In this document: positions 1 to 6,762 of the stretch, piece by piece
Layout of the letters: each line of letters starts with the position of its first letter
Position numbering within the stretch: position 1 is the stretch's first letter
Origin: an uncultured Opitutales bacterium
GTDB lineage: Bacteria; Verrucomicrobiota; Verrucomicrobiia; Opitutales; Intestinicryptomonadaceae
Length of the DNA: 32,000 nucleotides
Assembly (NCBI GenBank): GCA_934660865.1
Contig: CAKUIA010000012.1
Span: forward strand, 55,241 to 87,240
Reading direction: 5' to 3'
Notes under the pieces: model-generated
The model's input: only the letters and a program-made list of their open reading frames with translations
The model's database searches: none
What the model was told of the DNA's origin: nothing
Program-made: the position numbers and the translations under genes

Positions 1-32
1 AAGAGGGAAAACGACACATTCGCACTGCCGAA

Positions 33-887
33 ATGCCGGTGGCAAAAGGTTTCACTCTCTATTTGGAATCCAAGCGGCATTTGCGCAAAGACTCTTTCAA
101 CGACATTCGCTATTTAGGCAAACGCCTGCTAAAGACAAATCCCGAACTTGGCAAACGCAATTTTTCGGAGCTTAGCGTATCGGAATGCGAAGAATGGCTG
201 AATGCGGCGTTTACTACAAATCCGCAATTCAAGCAAAGCGCGAGTCAATTCAACAAGGGGCGGACAATGTTGCATGGGTTGTTTGAATTTGCCCTACGCC
301 GCGAATGGTGCGAAAAAAATCCAATAAAGAAAATCGAACGCCGAAAGGTAGTCGAAAAGGAAATTCAGCCCCTAAAACTATCCGAAACAAAGCGAATAAT
401 AAAAACCGCACAAAAAGAAAGCTCTGCCTACGCCGTAGCTGCCGCGCTTTTAGTCTACACGGGCATTCGCCCGCGCGAAGTGCGCAGGCTAACTTGGCAC
501 GATATCGATACCGAAGAAAAGACAATTACAGTCCGCTCGCAGTGCTCTAAAACGGGAGGTGTAAGACAAGTGGAAATCCCTCCCGTCTTAAACAAACTTT
601 TGATTACCCATAAATTAAAAAACAATTCTCCTATTTGCCCGACAGACTGGCAGCGCCGCTGGCGCAAAATCCGCGACAACTCCGGCTTTCGCGGGCGTTG
701 GGTTCAAGATGTTTTGCGCCATACCTACGCCAGCTTCCATGCCAAGCACTATGCCGACTTGCCACGCCTGCAGCTTAATATGGGGCACCGCGACTTATCG
801 CTTCTTCGTTCGCGCTATGTAAACATGCACGGCATTTCACGCACCGAGGCAAAATGCTTTTTCGAATCCAAAGAAATTGGCATATAA
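33..887 (+). CDS. Tyrosine recombinase / phage-type integrase (possibly 5'-incomplete at the window edge)
   Basis: The translation shows the catalytic-domain signature: YTGIRPREVRRL (Arg I), LRHTYASF (H-x-x-R box) and MGHRDLSLLRSRYVNM (His plus catalytic Tyr). The frame has no stop between nt 3 and the ATG at 33, so the true start may lie upstream of the window. The stop is 14 nt before the 89-bp att-like repeat. Confidence 0.85.
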   Translation: MPVAKGFTLYLESKRHLRKDSFNDIRYLGKRLLKTNPELGKRNFSELSVSECEEWLNAAFTTNPQFKQSASQFNKGRTMLHGLFEFALRREWCEKNPIKKIERRKVVEKEIQPLKLSETKRIIKTAQKESSAYAVAAALLVYTGIRPREVRRLTWHDIDTEEKTITVRSQCSKTGGVRQVEIPPVLNKLLITHKLKNNSPICPTDWQRRWRKIRDNSGFRGRWVQDVLRHTYASFHAKHYADLPRLQLNMGHRDLSLLRSRYVNMHGISRTEAKCFFESKEIGI

Positions 888-901
888 CAAAAAAAATATG
901 A

Positions 902-990
902 AACAAAAAAACCGCTCAACCTTTCAGGGCTGGCGGCTTCTTCGTTTGCCGTGTTTAACACGGTTCGCTTTTCAACAACCATCTGGCGTC
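902..990. repeat. Left copy of the ~89-bp att-like direct repeat; it ends in the core atctggcgtc (981..990), which includes the complement of the tRNA-Glu 3' end GACGCCA
   Basis: It aligns by eye with 20911..20999: acaaaaaaaccgctcaaccttt...ggcttcttcgtttgccgtgtttaacacggttcgcttttcaacaacc[a/c]tctggcgtc. Differences are confined to an 8/7-nt patch (cagggctg vs cggtatc), the A-run length and one base before the core. It contains the hairpin ccgtg-tttaa-cacgg and, on the minus strand, a stem plus T-run. Confidence 0.85.
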
Positions 991-1011
991 GCAACAATCT
1001 TGTTTGTCGCA
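991..1011. repeat. Island left-arm sequence, copy 1 (gcaacaatcttgtttgtcgca), directly following the core
   Basis: 19 of 21 nt are identical to 1591..1611 (gcaacaaccttgtttgttgca). Both copies directly follow atctggcgtc. Confidence 0.8.
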
Positions 1012-1103
1012 TTTTTTGCCAAACTTTATGTTCAATTTTTTGAGCATAAAAACATTGAGCTTTTGCATTGCAAACACTTTGCTGAAATTTTTTAACGGAA
1101 CGG

Positions 1104-1145
1104 CTACTTTAAAATTTTGCGTAAATACGCAGAAATTTAAAGTAG
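1104..1145. promoter_or_regulatory. 42-nt near-perfect palindrome centred on TGCGTAAATACGCA, 6 nt upstream of the ATPase-remnant ATG; candidate operator or promoter element
   Basis: The sequence is ctactttaaaattt-TGCGTAAATACGCA-gaaatttaaagtag. The central 14 nt are perfectly self-complementary and the outer 10 nt of each arm are complementary. Related copies lie at 1845..1858 and 1917..1930. Confidence 0.45.
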
Positions 1146-1151
1146 GTTAAA

Positions 1152-1476
1152 ATGAACAGCGCACGCCCCATATTCGGTCGATGTCGGACAAGCCATCGTA
1201 AACACAAAAGATTCAAGAGGGACAAGCAAACGAAAGTATTTTGAAGTCGATTTTGTCTGCAATTCGGGGTTCAAACGCTATTATATCCAATCGGCTTTGG
1301 AATTGCCCACGAAAGACAAGGCCGAACAAGAGCTGCGGTCTTTGCAGAATATAAACGACAGCTTCCAAAAAATGGTGATAGTCGGTGGAATTGCCCCGAC
1401 ATACCAAAACGAAAGCGGCATTATAATTATGAACGTTTTTGATTTTCTTTTAGGCGATTCAAAACTTTTTGAGTAG
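1152..1476 (+). pseudogene. Internal-deletion remnant of a DUF4143/AAA_14 ATPase gene, paralogous to 1951..3207
   Basis: Nt 1152..1173 match the first 22 nt of 1951..3207. Nt 1174..1476 align without gaps to 2905..3207 (303 nt each, roughly nine in ten positions identical by eye), including the stop. The junction sits in a shared 'atat' and is out of frame (22 nt before it), so the ATG frame reaches a TGA after about 30 codons. Confidence 0.85.
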
Positions 1477-1550
1477 CAAACTGCGCCGAGCTTAATTCCT
1501 GCGGGCCTTTGCTACGCAAAAATCCCATCATCGTTTTGCCTGCAAAAAAC

Positions 1551-1580
1551 CCCGCAAGCCTTGCGGATTGCGGGTTTTTT
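1551..1580 (+). terminator. Rho-independent terminator-like hairpin, directly abutting the core copy at 1581
   Basis: Stem cccgcaa (1551..1557) pairs with ttgcggg (1568..1574), followed by tttttt (1575..1580). Confidence 0.6.
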
Positions 1581-1611
1581 ATCTGGCGTCGCAACAACCT
1601 TGTTTGTTGCA
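1581..1611. repeat. Internal third copy of the att core (atctggcgtc, 1581..1590) plus island left arm copy 2 (1591..1611)
   Basis: The core is identical to 981..990 and the arm matches 991..1011 at 19 of 21 nt. The two cores are exactly 600 bp apart. Confidence 0.8.
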
Positions 1612-1716
1612 ACATATTGACCTATAAGCAATAGGCGTTTTAACGTTATCTTTGCAGAAACGTGAAAAGGCGTCTATCTTGCGAAAATTTTTGGGTCAGT
1701 TTTTTCGTAAATTAAG

Positions 1717-1740
1717 AGTTTAACGGTTTGTCTCATTTTT
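1717..1740. repeat. Left copy of a 24-bp direct repeat, agtttaacGGtttgtctcattttt
   Basis: 22 of 24 nt are identical to 20693..20716 (agtttaacACtttgtctcattttt), which starts 9 nt after the serine recombinase stop codon. Confidence 0.7.
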
Positions 1741-1844
1741 TACAGAACTTTTTGTCCGATTCTTTGAATCGTAAAAACATTGAGTCTTCACATTACAAGC
1801 ACATTACTGAAATTTGCTTTGAGGGGAGATCTGCTTTAAATTTT

Positions 1845-1858
1845 TGCGTATTTACGCA
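1845..1858. promoter_or_regulatory. Second copy of the palindromic motif (TGCGTATTTACGCA)
   Basis: It is a perfect 6+2+6 palindrome within a segment (1772..1870) homologous to 1048..1147. Confidence 0.4.
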
Positions 1859-1916
1859 TAATTTTAAATTAAAAGCTTGATTTATCCCTAACATTGCCAT
1901 TTATTTTCTAAGAAAT

Positions 1917-1930
1917 TGCGTAAAAACGCA
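1917..1930. promoter_or_regulatory. Third, imperfect copy of the motif (TGCGTAAAAACGCA), 20 nt upstream of the ATPase ATG
   Basis: It has the same right flank (gaaatttaaagta) and the same spacing to the ATG as copy 1, with one mismatch in the right half-site. Confidence 0.4.
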
Positions 1931-1950
1931 GAAATTTAAAGTAAATAAAA

Positions 1951-3207
1951 ATGAATATAGCGCGCCCCATATATTTGCAAAAGCTCATCGACCGCAAGCA
2001 GAATGGAATGATTAAGGTCATTACCGGAATGCGGCGTTGCGGTAAATCTTTTTTGTTGTTTTCGATTTTTCGCGAGTACTTAAAACAGAGTGGCATTGAT
2101 GACGGGCACATTATAGCAGTAGACCTTGAAGACCGTCGCAACAAGCAGTTGCGCAATCCCGATACGCTTTTGGATTTCATCGACAAAAAGATGTCGGGCA
2201 AAGGAGTCTATTACATATTGATAGACGAAGTTCAGATGGCGGCTGAATTCGAAGATGTTTTAAACAGTCTTTTGAAGAGGTCAAATGCCGACGTTTATGT
2301 TACGGGCAGCAACGCGAAATTTCTTTCGAAAGACGTGATTACCGAATTTAGGGGGCGCGGAGACGAAGTGCGAGTTCGCCCGTTGTCGTTTGCGGAATTC
2401 CATTCCGCCAATCCGCAAGAGGACAGAACCGCAGCGTTGTCGGAATATATGGCTTACGGCGGGTTGCCGCAAACGGTTTCGATGAAATCGGCTACGCAGA
2501 AAGAGGACTACTTAAAAGATTTGTTTTTGCACACCTACCTTGTGGATATAAAGGAGAGATACCGAATCAGAAACGATGAGGACTTGGAGGAATTGGTACG
2601 GGTTGTCGCGTCGGCAATCGGCGGGCTGACGAATACAACCAAGTTGCAGAACACGTTCAATTCCGAAAAGAAAAGCAAGATTTCAAACGCCACGATTAAG
2701 AATTATCTTGATATGCTACAAGACGCTTTTCTTGTAGAAAAAGCTACGCGCTACGACATAAAAGGGCGCAAGTATATCGGCACGCAATCTAAATATTTCT
2801 TCGAAGACTTGGGCGTCCGCAACGCCGTGATAAACTTTCGGCAGTCGGAGGAATCGCACCTTATGGAAAATATGATTTACAACGAACTGCGTATGCGCGG
2901 ATATTCGGTCGATGTCGGACAAGTCACCGTAAATACAAAAGATTCAAGTGGAACAAGCAAACGAAAGTATTTTGAGGTCGATTTTGTCTGCAATTCGGGA
3001 TTCAAACGCTACTACATTCAATCGGCGTTGGAATTGTCCACGAAAGACAAGGTTGAGCAGGAGCTGCGGTCATTGCAAAATATAAACGACAGCTTCCAAA
3101 AAATGGTGATTGTAGGAGGAACAGCCCCGACATACCAAAACGAAAACGGCATTATAATTATGAACGTTTTCGATTTCCTTTTGGGTGATTCAACGCTTTT
3201 TGTATAG
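1951..3207 (+). CDS. AAA+ ATPase of the AAA_14 + DUF4143 type (COG1373-like)
   Basis: Walker A is GMRRCGKSFLL and Walker B is YYILIDEVQ. The overall length (418 aa) and the C-terminal region (YFEVDFVC...) are typical of DUF4143 ATPases. Confidence 0.8.
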   Translation: MNIARPIYLQKLIDRKQNGMIKVITGMRRCGKSFLLFSIFREYLKQSGIDDGHIIAVDLEDRRNKQLRNPDTLLDFIDKKMSGKGVYYILIDEVQMAAEFEDVLNSLLKRSNADVYVTGSNAKFLSKDVITEFRGRGDEVRVRPLSFAEFHSANPQEDRTAALSEYMAYGGLPQTVSMKSATQKEDYLKDLFLHTYLVDIKERYRIRNDEDLEELVRVVASAIGGLTNTTKLQNTFNSEKKSKISNATIKNYLDMLQDAFLVEKATRYDIKGRKYIGTQSKYFFEDLGVRNAVINFRQSEESHLMENMIYNELRMRGYSVDVGQVTVNTKDSSGTSKRKYFEVDFVCNSGFKRYYIQSALELSTKDKVEQELRSLQNINDSFQKMVIVGGTAPTYQNENGIIIMNVFDFLLGDSTLFV

Positions 3208-3252
3208 CTGATTATATCATCTTCCCCCTTCAGATTTTAGTCTACATTTTTC

Positions 3253-3288
3253 GGGCGGCGGGGTATTTATTCCCTGCCGCCTTTTTTT
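3253..3288 (+). terminator. Rho-independent terminator after the ATPase gene
   Basis: Stem gggcggcgggg (3253..3263) pairs with ccctgccgcc (3272..3281) with one mismatch, followed by ttttttt. Confidence 0.6.
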
Positions 3289-3334
3289 GGGTAAATTTTT
3301 ACTCAATAATACATAGCTTTGTAAGCTATTTTTT

Positions 3335-3865
3335 ATGAGTAAAGAATATTACACATTAAGAGAACTAATAGACAATAACGGCGGACTTTTGAATGACGAA
3401 AGTCTGCATTTTATAGCCAAACACGGCTTGCTGTGCGAGTTGTTGCTTTGCGACAATCGGCTTGGGGAGGAGGCGTTCTTGGCGTTGCCCGCGATGGGAT
3501 ATGCGCCAAACAGCAACGAGCTTGCGTGTTATCTGTATATGCGCGACGACCTCGATTGCAAAATGATGTCGGCTCTAAACCTGTCCGACGCAGTGATGTT
3601 AGAGTTGCTGTGTCTTGACCTCTCGCTTTTGCCTGCGGTAAGGGCGAAGGGATTATTTGGGCGAATCGACGAAGGGCAATTTGCGAGGATTTTCATCAAC
3701 GCGTATCGCGCGGCGGAAAGCACTGAGCTTGTTGCCGAGTTGCAAAAGCGCGGATGGGCTTTTATGGACGCGGTAATTTTGGACTGCCCTGAGATAATCC
3801 CCACACTCGAACGAATGGGTGCGGATTTAGAGCAGTCGCGCTATGCCGAGTATTTTTCGAAGTAA
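3335..3865 (+). CDS. Hypothetical protein (176 aa, acidic, Leu-rich), first gene of a three-gene module
   Basis: ATG-initiated ORF with backbone-like GC. It lies 27 nt upstream of the ATPase gene on the same strand. I recognise no motif. Confidence 0.6.
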   Translation: MSKEYYTLRELIDNNGGLLNDESLHFIAKHGLLCELLLCDNRLGEEAFLALPAMGYAPNSNELACYLYMRDDLDCKMMSALNLSDAVMLELLCLDLSLLPAVRAKGLFGRIDEGQFARIFINAYRAAESTELVAELQKRGWAFMDAVILDCPEIIPTLERMGADLEQSRYAEYFSK

Positions 3866-3892
3866 ATTTTGTGAGTAGGAGAGATTTTCGAG

Positions 3893-5359
3893 ATGAAAGA
3901 AAAAATAGTTTCTACAATCAAAACGAGCGCGGGAGAGTTGCAACTTTCAGAAGACGCGCTTTGCAAACACACGATATTTATCGGCAGCACGGGCAGCGGA
4001 AAGACAACTTCGCTCAACGTGCTTCTTCGAGATATCATCGGCTACAATGCGAATGACGAAATGCAAAAAGTCGGCTTGCTCGTCTTCGATTTAAAGGGCG
4101 ACAACACGCTTTTTAAAATCCGAAAGTTGGCTAAGGAATGTGGACGCGAGGCTGACGTTATCGACTATTGCGCCGACTCGCAGTTTTACTTCGACCCGCT
4201 CGGCGGCTTGGACAGTTTCCGCAATATTCCCGAATACGTCGAACGGCTTTACAACATCTTCCCATTCCAGAGTAGCGAGGTCTATTGGGAGCAGTCGTTA
4301 AGAAAGCGGTTCAAGACCGTGCTGACTTACTGCTTATTCCGACACGGAAGGATGACGTTTAAACTGTTCTTGGAAGAGCTGCGAGAGTTTACAACGGCGG
4401 ATTCGACAAACGGTAATTGGCGCGGCGTGATGGATTCTATTGAGATGGTTTTGCGCGCGCTCGAAAAGAAGTCGAAAGGCACAGTCGCCGAATCATATGA
4501 AATCCTACGCGAACTTTTAGAGAACACGCGGGCGGGCGTTAACGAATGGCAACATCTTGACCCGCGAACCAAGAGCAACGAGCTAAGCACGATGACGAAC
4601 CTGGTTTCGAACTTCGGCAACCCAATTACTAATGGGCACATTTTCGAGGGGAAGAGCAAGATGCGCTTGGACGTTGGCAAACTTGTGTGTGCAGGAAAGA
4701 TTGTCGTGGCTTCGTTCGACGGCATCTCCAACAGGCAGTCGGCGGCGGCAATTTGCAAGCTCTTAAAGAGCGATGCCTACGGACACATTCAGACACGTCA
4801 AAATCCAAGCCGGCTTGTTGGTATTGTAATGGACGAGTTCCCGCTTGTGGCAACAGATGGCGAAAACATCTCGGGAGACGGCTTCAATATGCAGACAATT
4901 CGCTCAAAGCGCGGCTTTGTGATTGCCGCCACACAGGGACTTGTCGGGCTTGATTTGGCAATCGGAGAACCCGCCCGTCGCAGGCTTATGACGAACTTCA
5001 ACAACGTCTTCGTCTTCAAAAGCAACGAGCGCGAGGTGCTCGAACTGGTTGAAGATTTGAACTTCTGTGAACCGCCGCAGAACAAAATCGGGTTCGGTAG
5101 TAATACCATTTGCGAAAAACGCGAACCTATAACGCTTGCCAATGCTCCCGCGGGCTACGCCGCGATAAAACTTGCCGACGGCTTCCAGTCAAAGGGTCTC
5201 GTTGAAATCGAGCGTCTCTATGTTGATACACCGCCAATGCCCGAAAATAGGCGCGAATCGGAAATCGACAAATGCGCAAAGGTTCTCCGAACCTACTTAA
5301 AGACAATCGATTTTAACGCCTGCCTTAACGGTAAATTTTTAGACAAAGACACTTTATAA
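3893..5359 (+). CDS. Soluble P-loop NTPase of the FtsK/HerA/TraG-TraD (coupling-protein-like) superfamily
   Basis: Walker A is IFIGSTGSGKTTSLN near the N-terminus and Walker B is VGIVMDEFPLVA. These are followed by RSKRGFVIAATQG...G, which resembles the TraG/TraD C-terminal and HerA-DUF87 pattern. There is no N-terminal hydrophobic segment. An AGGAG lies upstream of the ATG. Confidence 0.6.
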   Translation: MKEKIVSTIKTSAGELQLSEDALCKHTIFIGSTGSGKTTSLNVLLRDIIGYNANDEMQKVGLLVFDLKGDNTLFKIRKLAKECGREADVIDYCADSQFYFDPLGGLDSFRNIPEYVERLYNIFPFQSSEVYWEQSLRKRFKTVLTYCLFRHGRMTFKLFLEELREFTTADSTNGNWRGVMDSIEMVLRALEKKSKGTVAESYEILRELLENTRAGVNEWQHLDPRTKSNELSTMTNLVSNFGNPITNGHIFEGKSKMRLDVGKLVCAGKIVVASFDGISNRQSAAAICKLLKSDAYGHIQTRQNPSRLVGIVMDEFPLVATDGENISGDGFNMQTIRSKRGFVIAATQGLVGLDLAIGEPARRRLMTNFNNVFVFKSNEREVLELVEDLNFCEPPQNKIGFGSNTICEKREPITLANAPAGYAAIKLADGFQSKGLVEIERLYVDTPPMPENRRESEIDKCAKVLRTYLKTIDFNACLNGKFLDKDTL

Positions 5360-5537
5360 TCTATGAAATCCCATCATTCAAAATCATTTTCGCGATACCT
5401 GCGCGAAATCAAAATCAGATACAAACGCGAATCGGCAAAACGAAGCTTTTTCGTAGCTTGCGAACATTGCGACCTGCCGATTCTCCACACGTCAAGGTTG
5501 CTTGCCAACAAACAACTCGCATACGAAAGGAACTAAA

Positions 5538-5972
5538 ATGGACGAAAAACTTTTTCACGCACACAAAGACACACACAACCCGAACAACCCTTATCCCGAG
5601 TTTGTTCGCCAAGCGGCAAAACGCACGAAAGTACCGATTGAGCTTTTGACGCGCAAAAAATATTGCGGGAAATCCGCTAACGGCAAAGGAGACAATCACC
5701 ATATCTTGGATAAGTCGCTTTTCCCCAAGAAAGGAACGCCTACTATCAGCGTTTCAAAAGAAAAACACTTCGAACTTCAATGCCTGCTCGCCCAAGCCAC
5801 AACCCTACAAGGCTATATGGACTACGAACAAGCCCTGAAAGCCGAATGCCCCGAAATCCAAAACCCCATCGCCCAAATCTACTGGCAACGCATAGAATCC
5901 CTCCATACCCCGTGGCGAATTAGGCTGACAGTGTGGGCAAAGAAGATTTTTAGGGTTTACGTTGTTATATGA
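5538..5972 (+). CDS. Hypothetical protein (144 aa from ATG 5538; the ORF track starts at 5502)
   Basis: The ATG at 5538 is preceded by aaagga. It is on the same strand as the ATPase gene and has backbone-like GC. No motif recognised. Confidence 0.5.
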   Translation: MDEKLFHAHKDTHNPNNPYPEFVRQAAKRTKVPIELLTRKKYCGKSANGKGDNHHILDKSLFPKKGTPTISVSKEKHFELQCLLAQATTLQGYMDYEQALKAECPEIQNPIAQIYWQRIESLHTPWRIRLTVWAKKIFRVYVVI

Positions 5973-6029
5973 TGGCGGGTGGGGGAATAGAGAAAATTAC
6001 AGATAGGATATTGGGATGCCTTAAATGTA

Positions 6030-6362
6030 TTATTCGGAGTACAATTTTTCTCCTAGCGCCTCTATTTTCGCCATATTTGACTCTAGGATATTAAGTATTT
6101 CTTCTTTTGTTTGCACATTTAAAGCCATTTTATAATCTTCGTTATTGGGTAAGAGAATTCCCAATTCGCTAAAAGCATCTAAGATTCGCATCGATCTACC
6201 AAACCCGATATCAGCGGCTCTCATTGCCACACTAGAAGTACAATAACCTTTCTTTAACATTGCGTCGATAATTTTCATTAATACTGTTTTTTTTGCTTTT
6301 TTCATTTTACGCCCAATTGATTGTGATTTCCTATGCATACCGAAACTCAACCATGGTTTCAA
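6030..6362 (-). CDS. Small standalone winged-helix protein resembling the FtsK gamma domain
   Basis: The segment CTSSVAMRAADIGFGRSMRILDAFSELGILLP follows the FtsK-gamma pattern (E. coli [30 protein letters not shown]), with a conserved R, the I-G-[YF]-x-R-x-x-R-I core and G-I-[VL]. The gene is AT-rich and divergent from the helicase operon. Confidence 0.5.
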   Translation of the reverse strand: MKPWLSFGMHRKSQSIGRKMKKAKKTVLMKIIDAMLKKGYCTSSVAMRAADIGFGRSMRILDAFSELGILLPNNEDYKMALNVQTKEEILNILESNMAKIEALGEKLYSE

Positions 6363-6394
6363 GATAATTTATTGACAAAATTATAAAAAATATC

Positions 6395-6415
6395 ATCCTG
6401 AATAGGCGTCAGGAT
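6395..6415. promoter_or_regulatory. Perfect 7-bp inverted repeat (atcctga-N7-tcaggat) in the divergent intergenic region; candidate operator
   Basis: It sits between the start of the minus-strand wHTH gene (6362) and the ATG at 6425. A TTGACA hexamer lies at 6373..6378. Confidence 0.4.
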
Positions 6416-6424
6416 TACCGTTGC

Positions 6425-6724
6425 ATGGAAACAATAAACATTCAAAACATAGAAGACAAATGGAAAAATTTTATTTGTGAAGAAAGCGATGTTCCCATCA
6501 TAGGATTACTGCCGTTTCAAGGCCACGAAAAAAAACTTTTCTTAAATTGTATTGAAAATATTCCCGTTGCGACCGAGAAACGTATCGTAGCGGAGTTATG
6601 CAACTTATTAGACAAATATCCATTTTCGACATCAATTTGGATTGCAACAATCGCTGCTGAAACATACGCAAATGGTGATTTTGGTCTGGGTTTTCCGATG
6701 GACTTGGGCTATCCCAAACACTAA
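6425..6724 (+). CDS. 99-aa hypothetical protein; either a separate small gene or the detached N-terminus of the following 1045-aa ORF
   Basis: ATG-initiated and AT-rich. Its last 46 nt overlap the open upstream extension (from 6679) of the next ORF's frame. Confidence 0.5.
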   Translation: METINIQNIEDKWKNFICEESDVPIIGLLPFQGHEKKLFLNCIENIPVATEKRIVAELCNLLDKYPFSTSIWIATIAAETYANGDFGLGFPMDLGYPKH

Positions 6725-6762
6725 CAGACCCCATAGCGAGAAAGGAATTATATTGTAAGTTT

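Noticed and set aside
815-1615. Small ORFs in the att/remnant region (815..1012 -, 877..1095 +, 1213..1407 -, 1427..1615 -)
   Set aside because: They lie across repeat, terminator and pseudogene sequence, have no plausible translation signals, and the 1213..1407 ORF is merely antisense to the ATPase remnant.
3313-3329. The small hairpin atagct-ttgta-agctat just upstream of the ATG at 3335, as a regulatory element
   Set aside because: The stem is only 6 bp in an AT-rich leader and has no second copy or partner motif, so it cannot be distinguished from chance.
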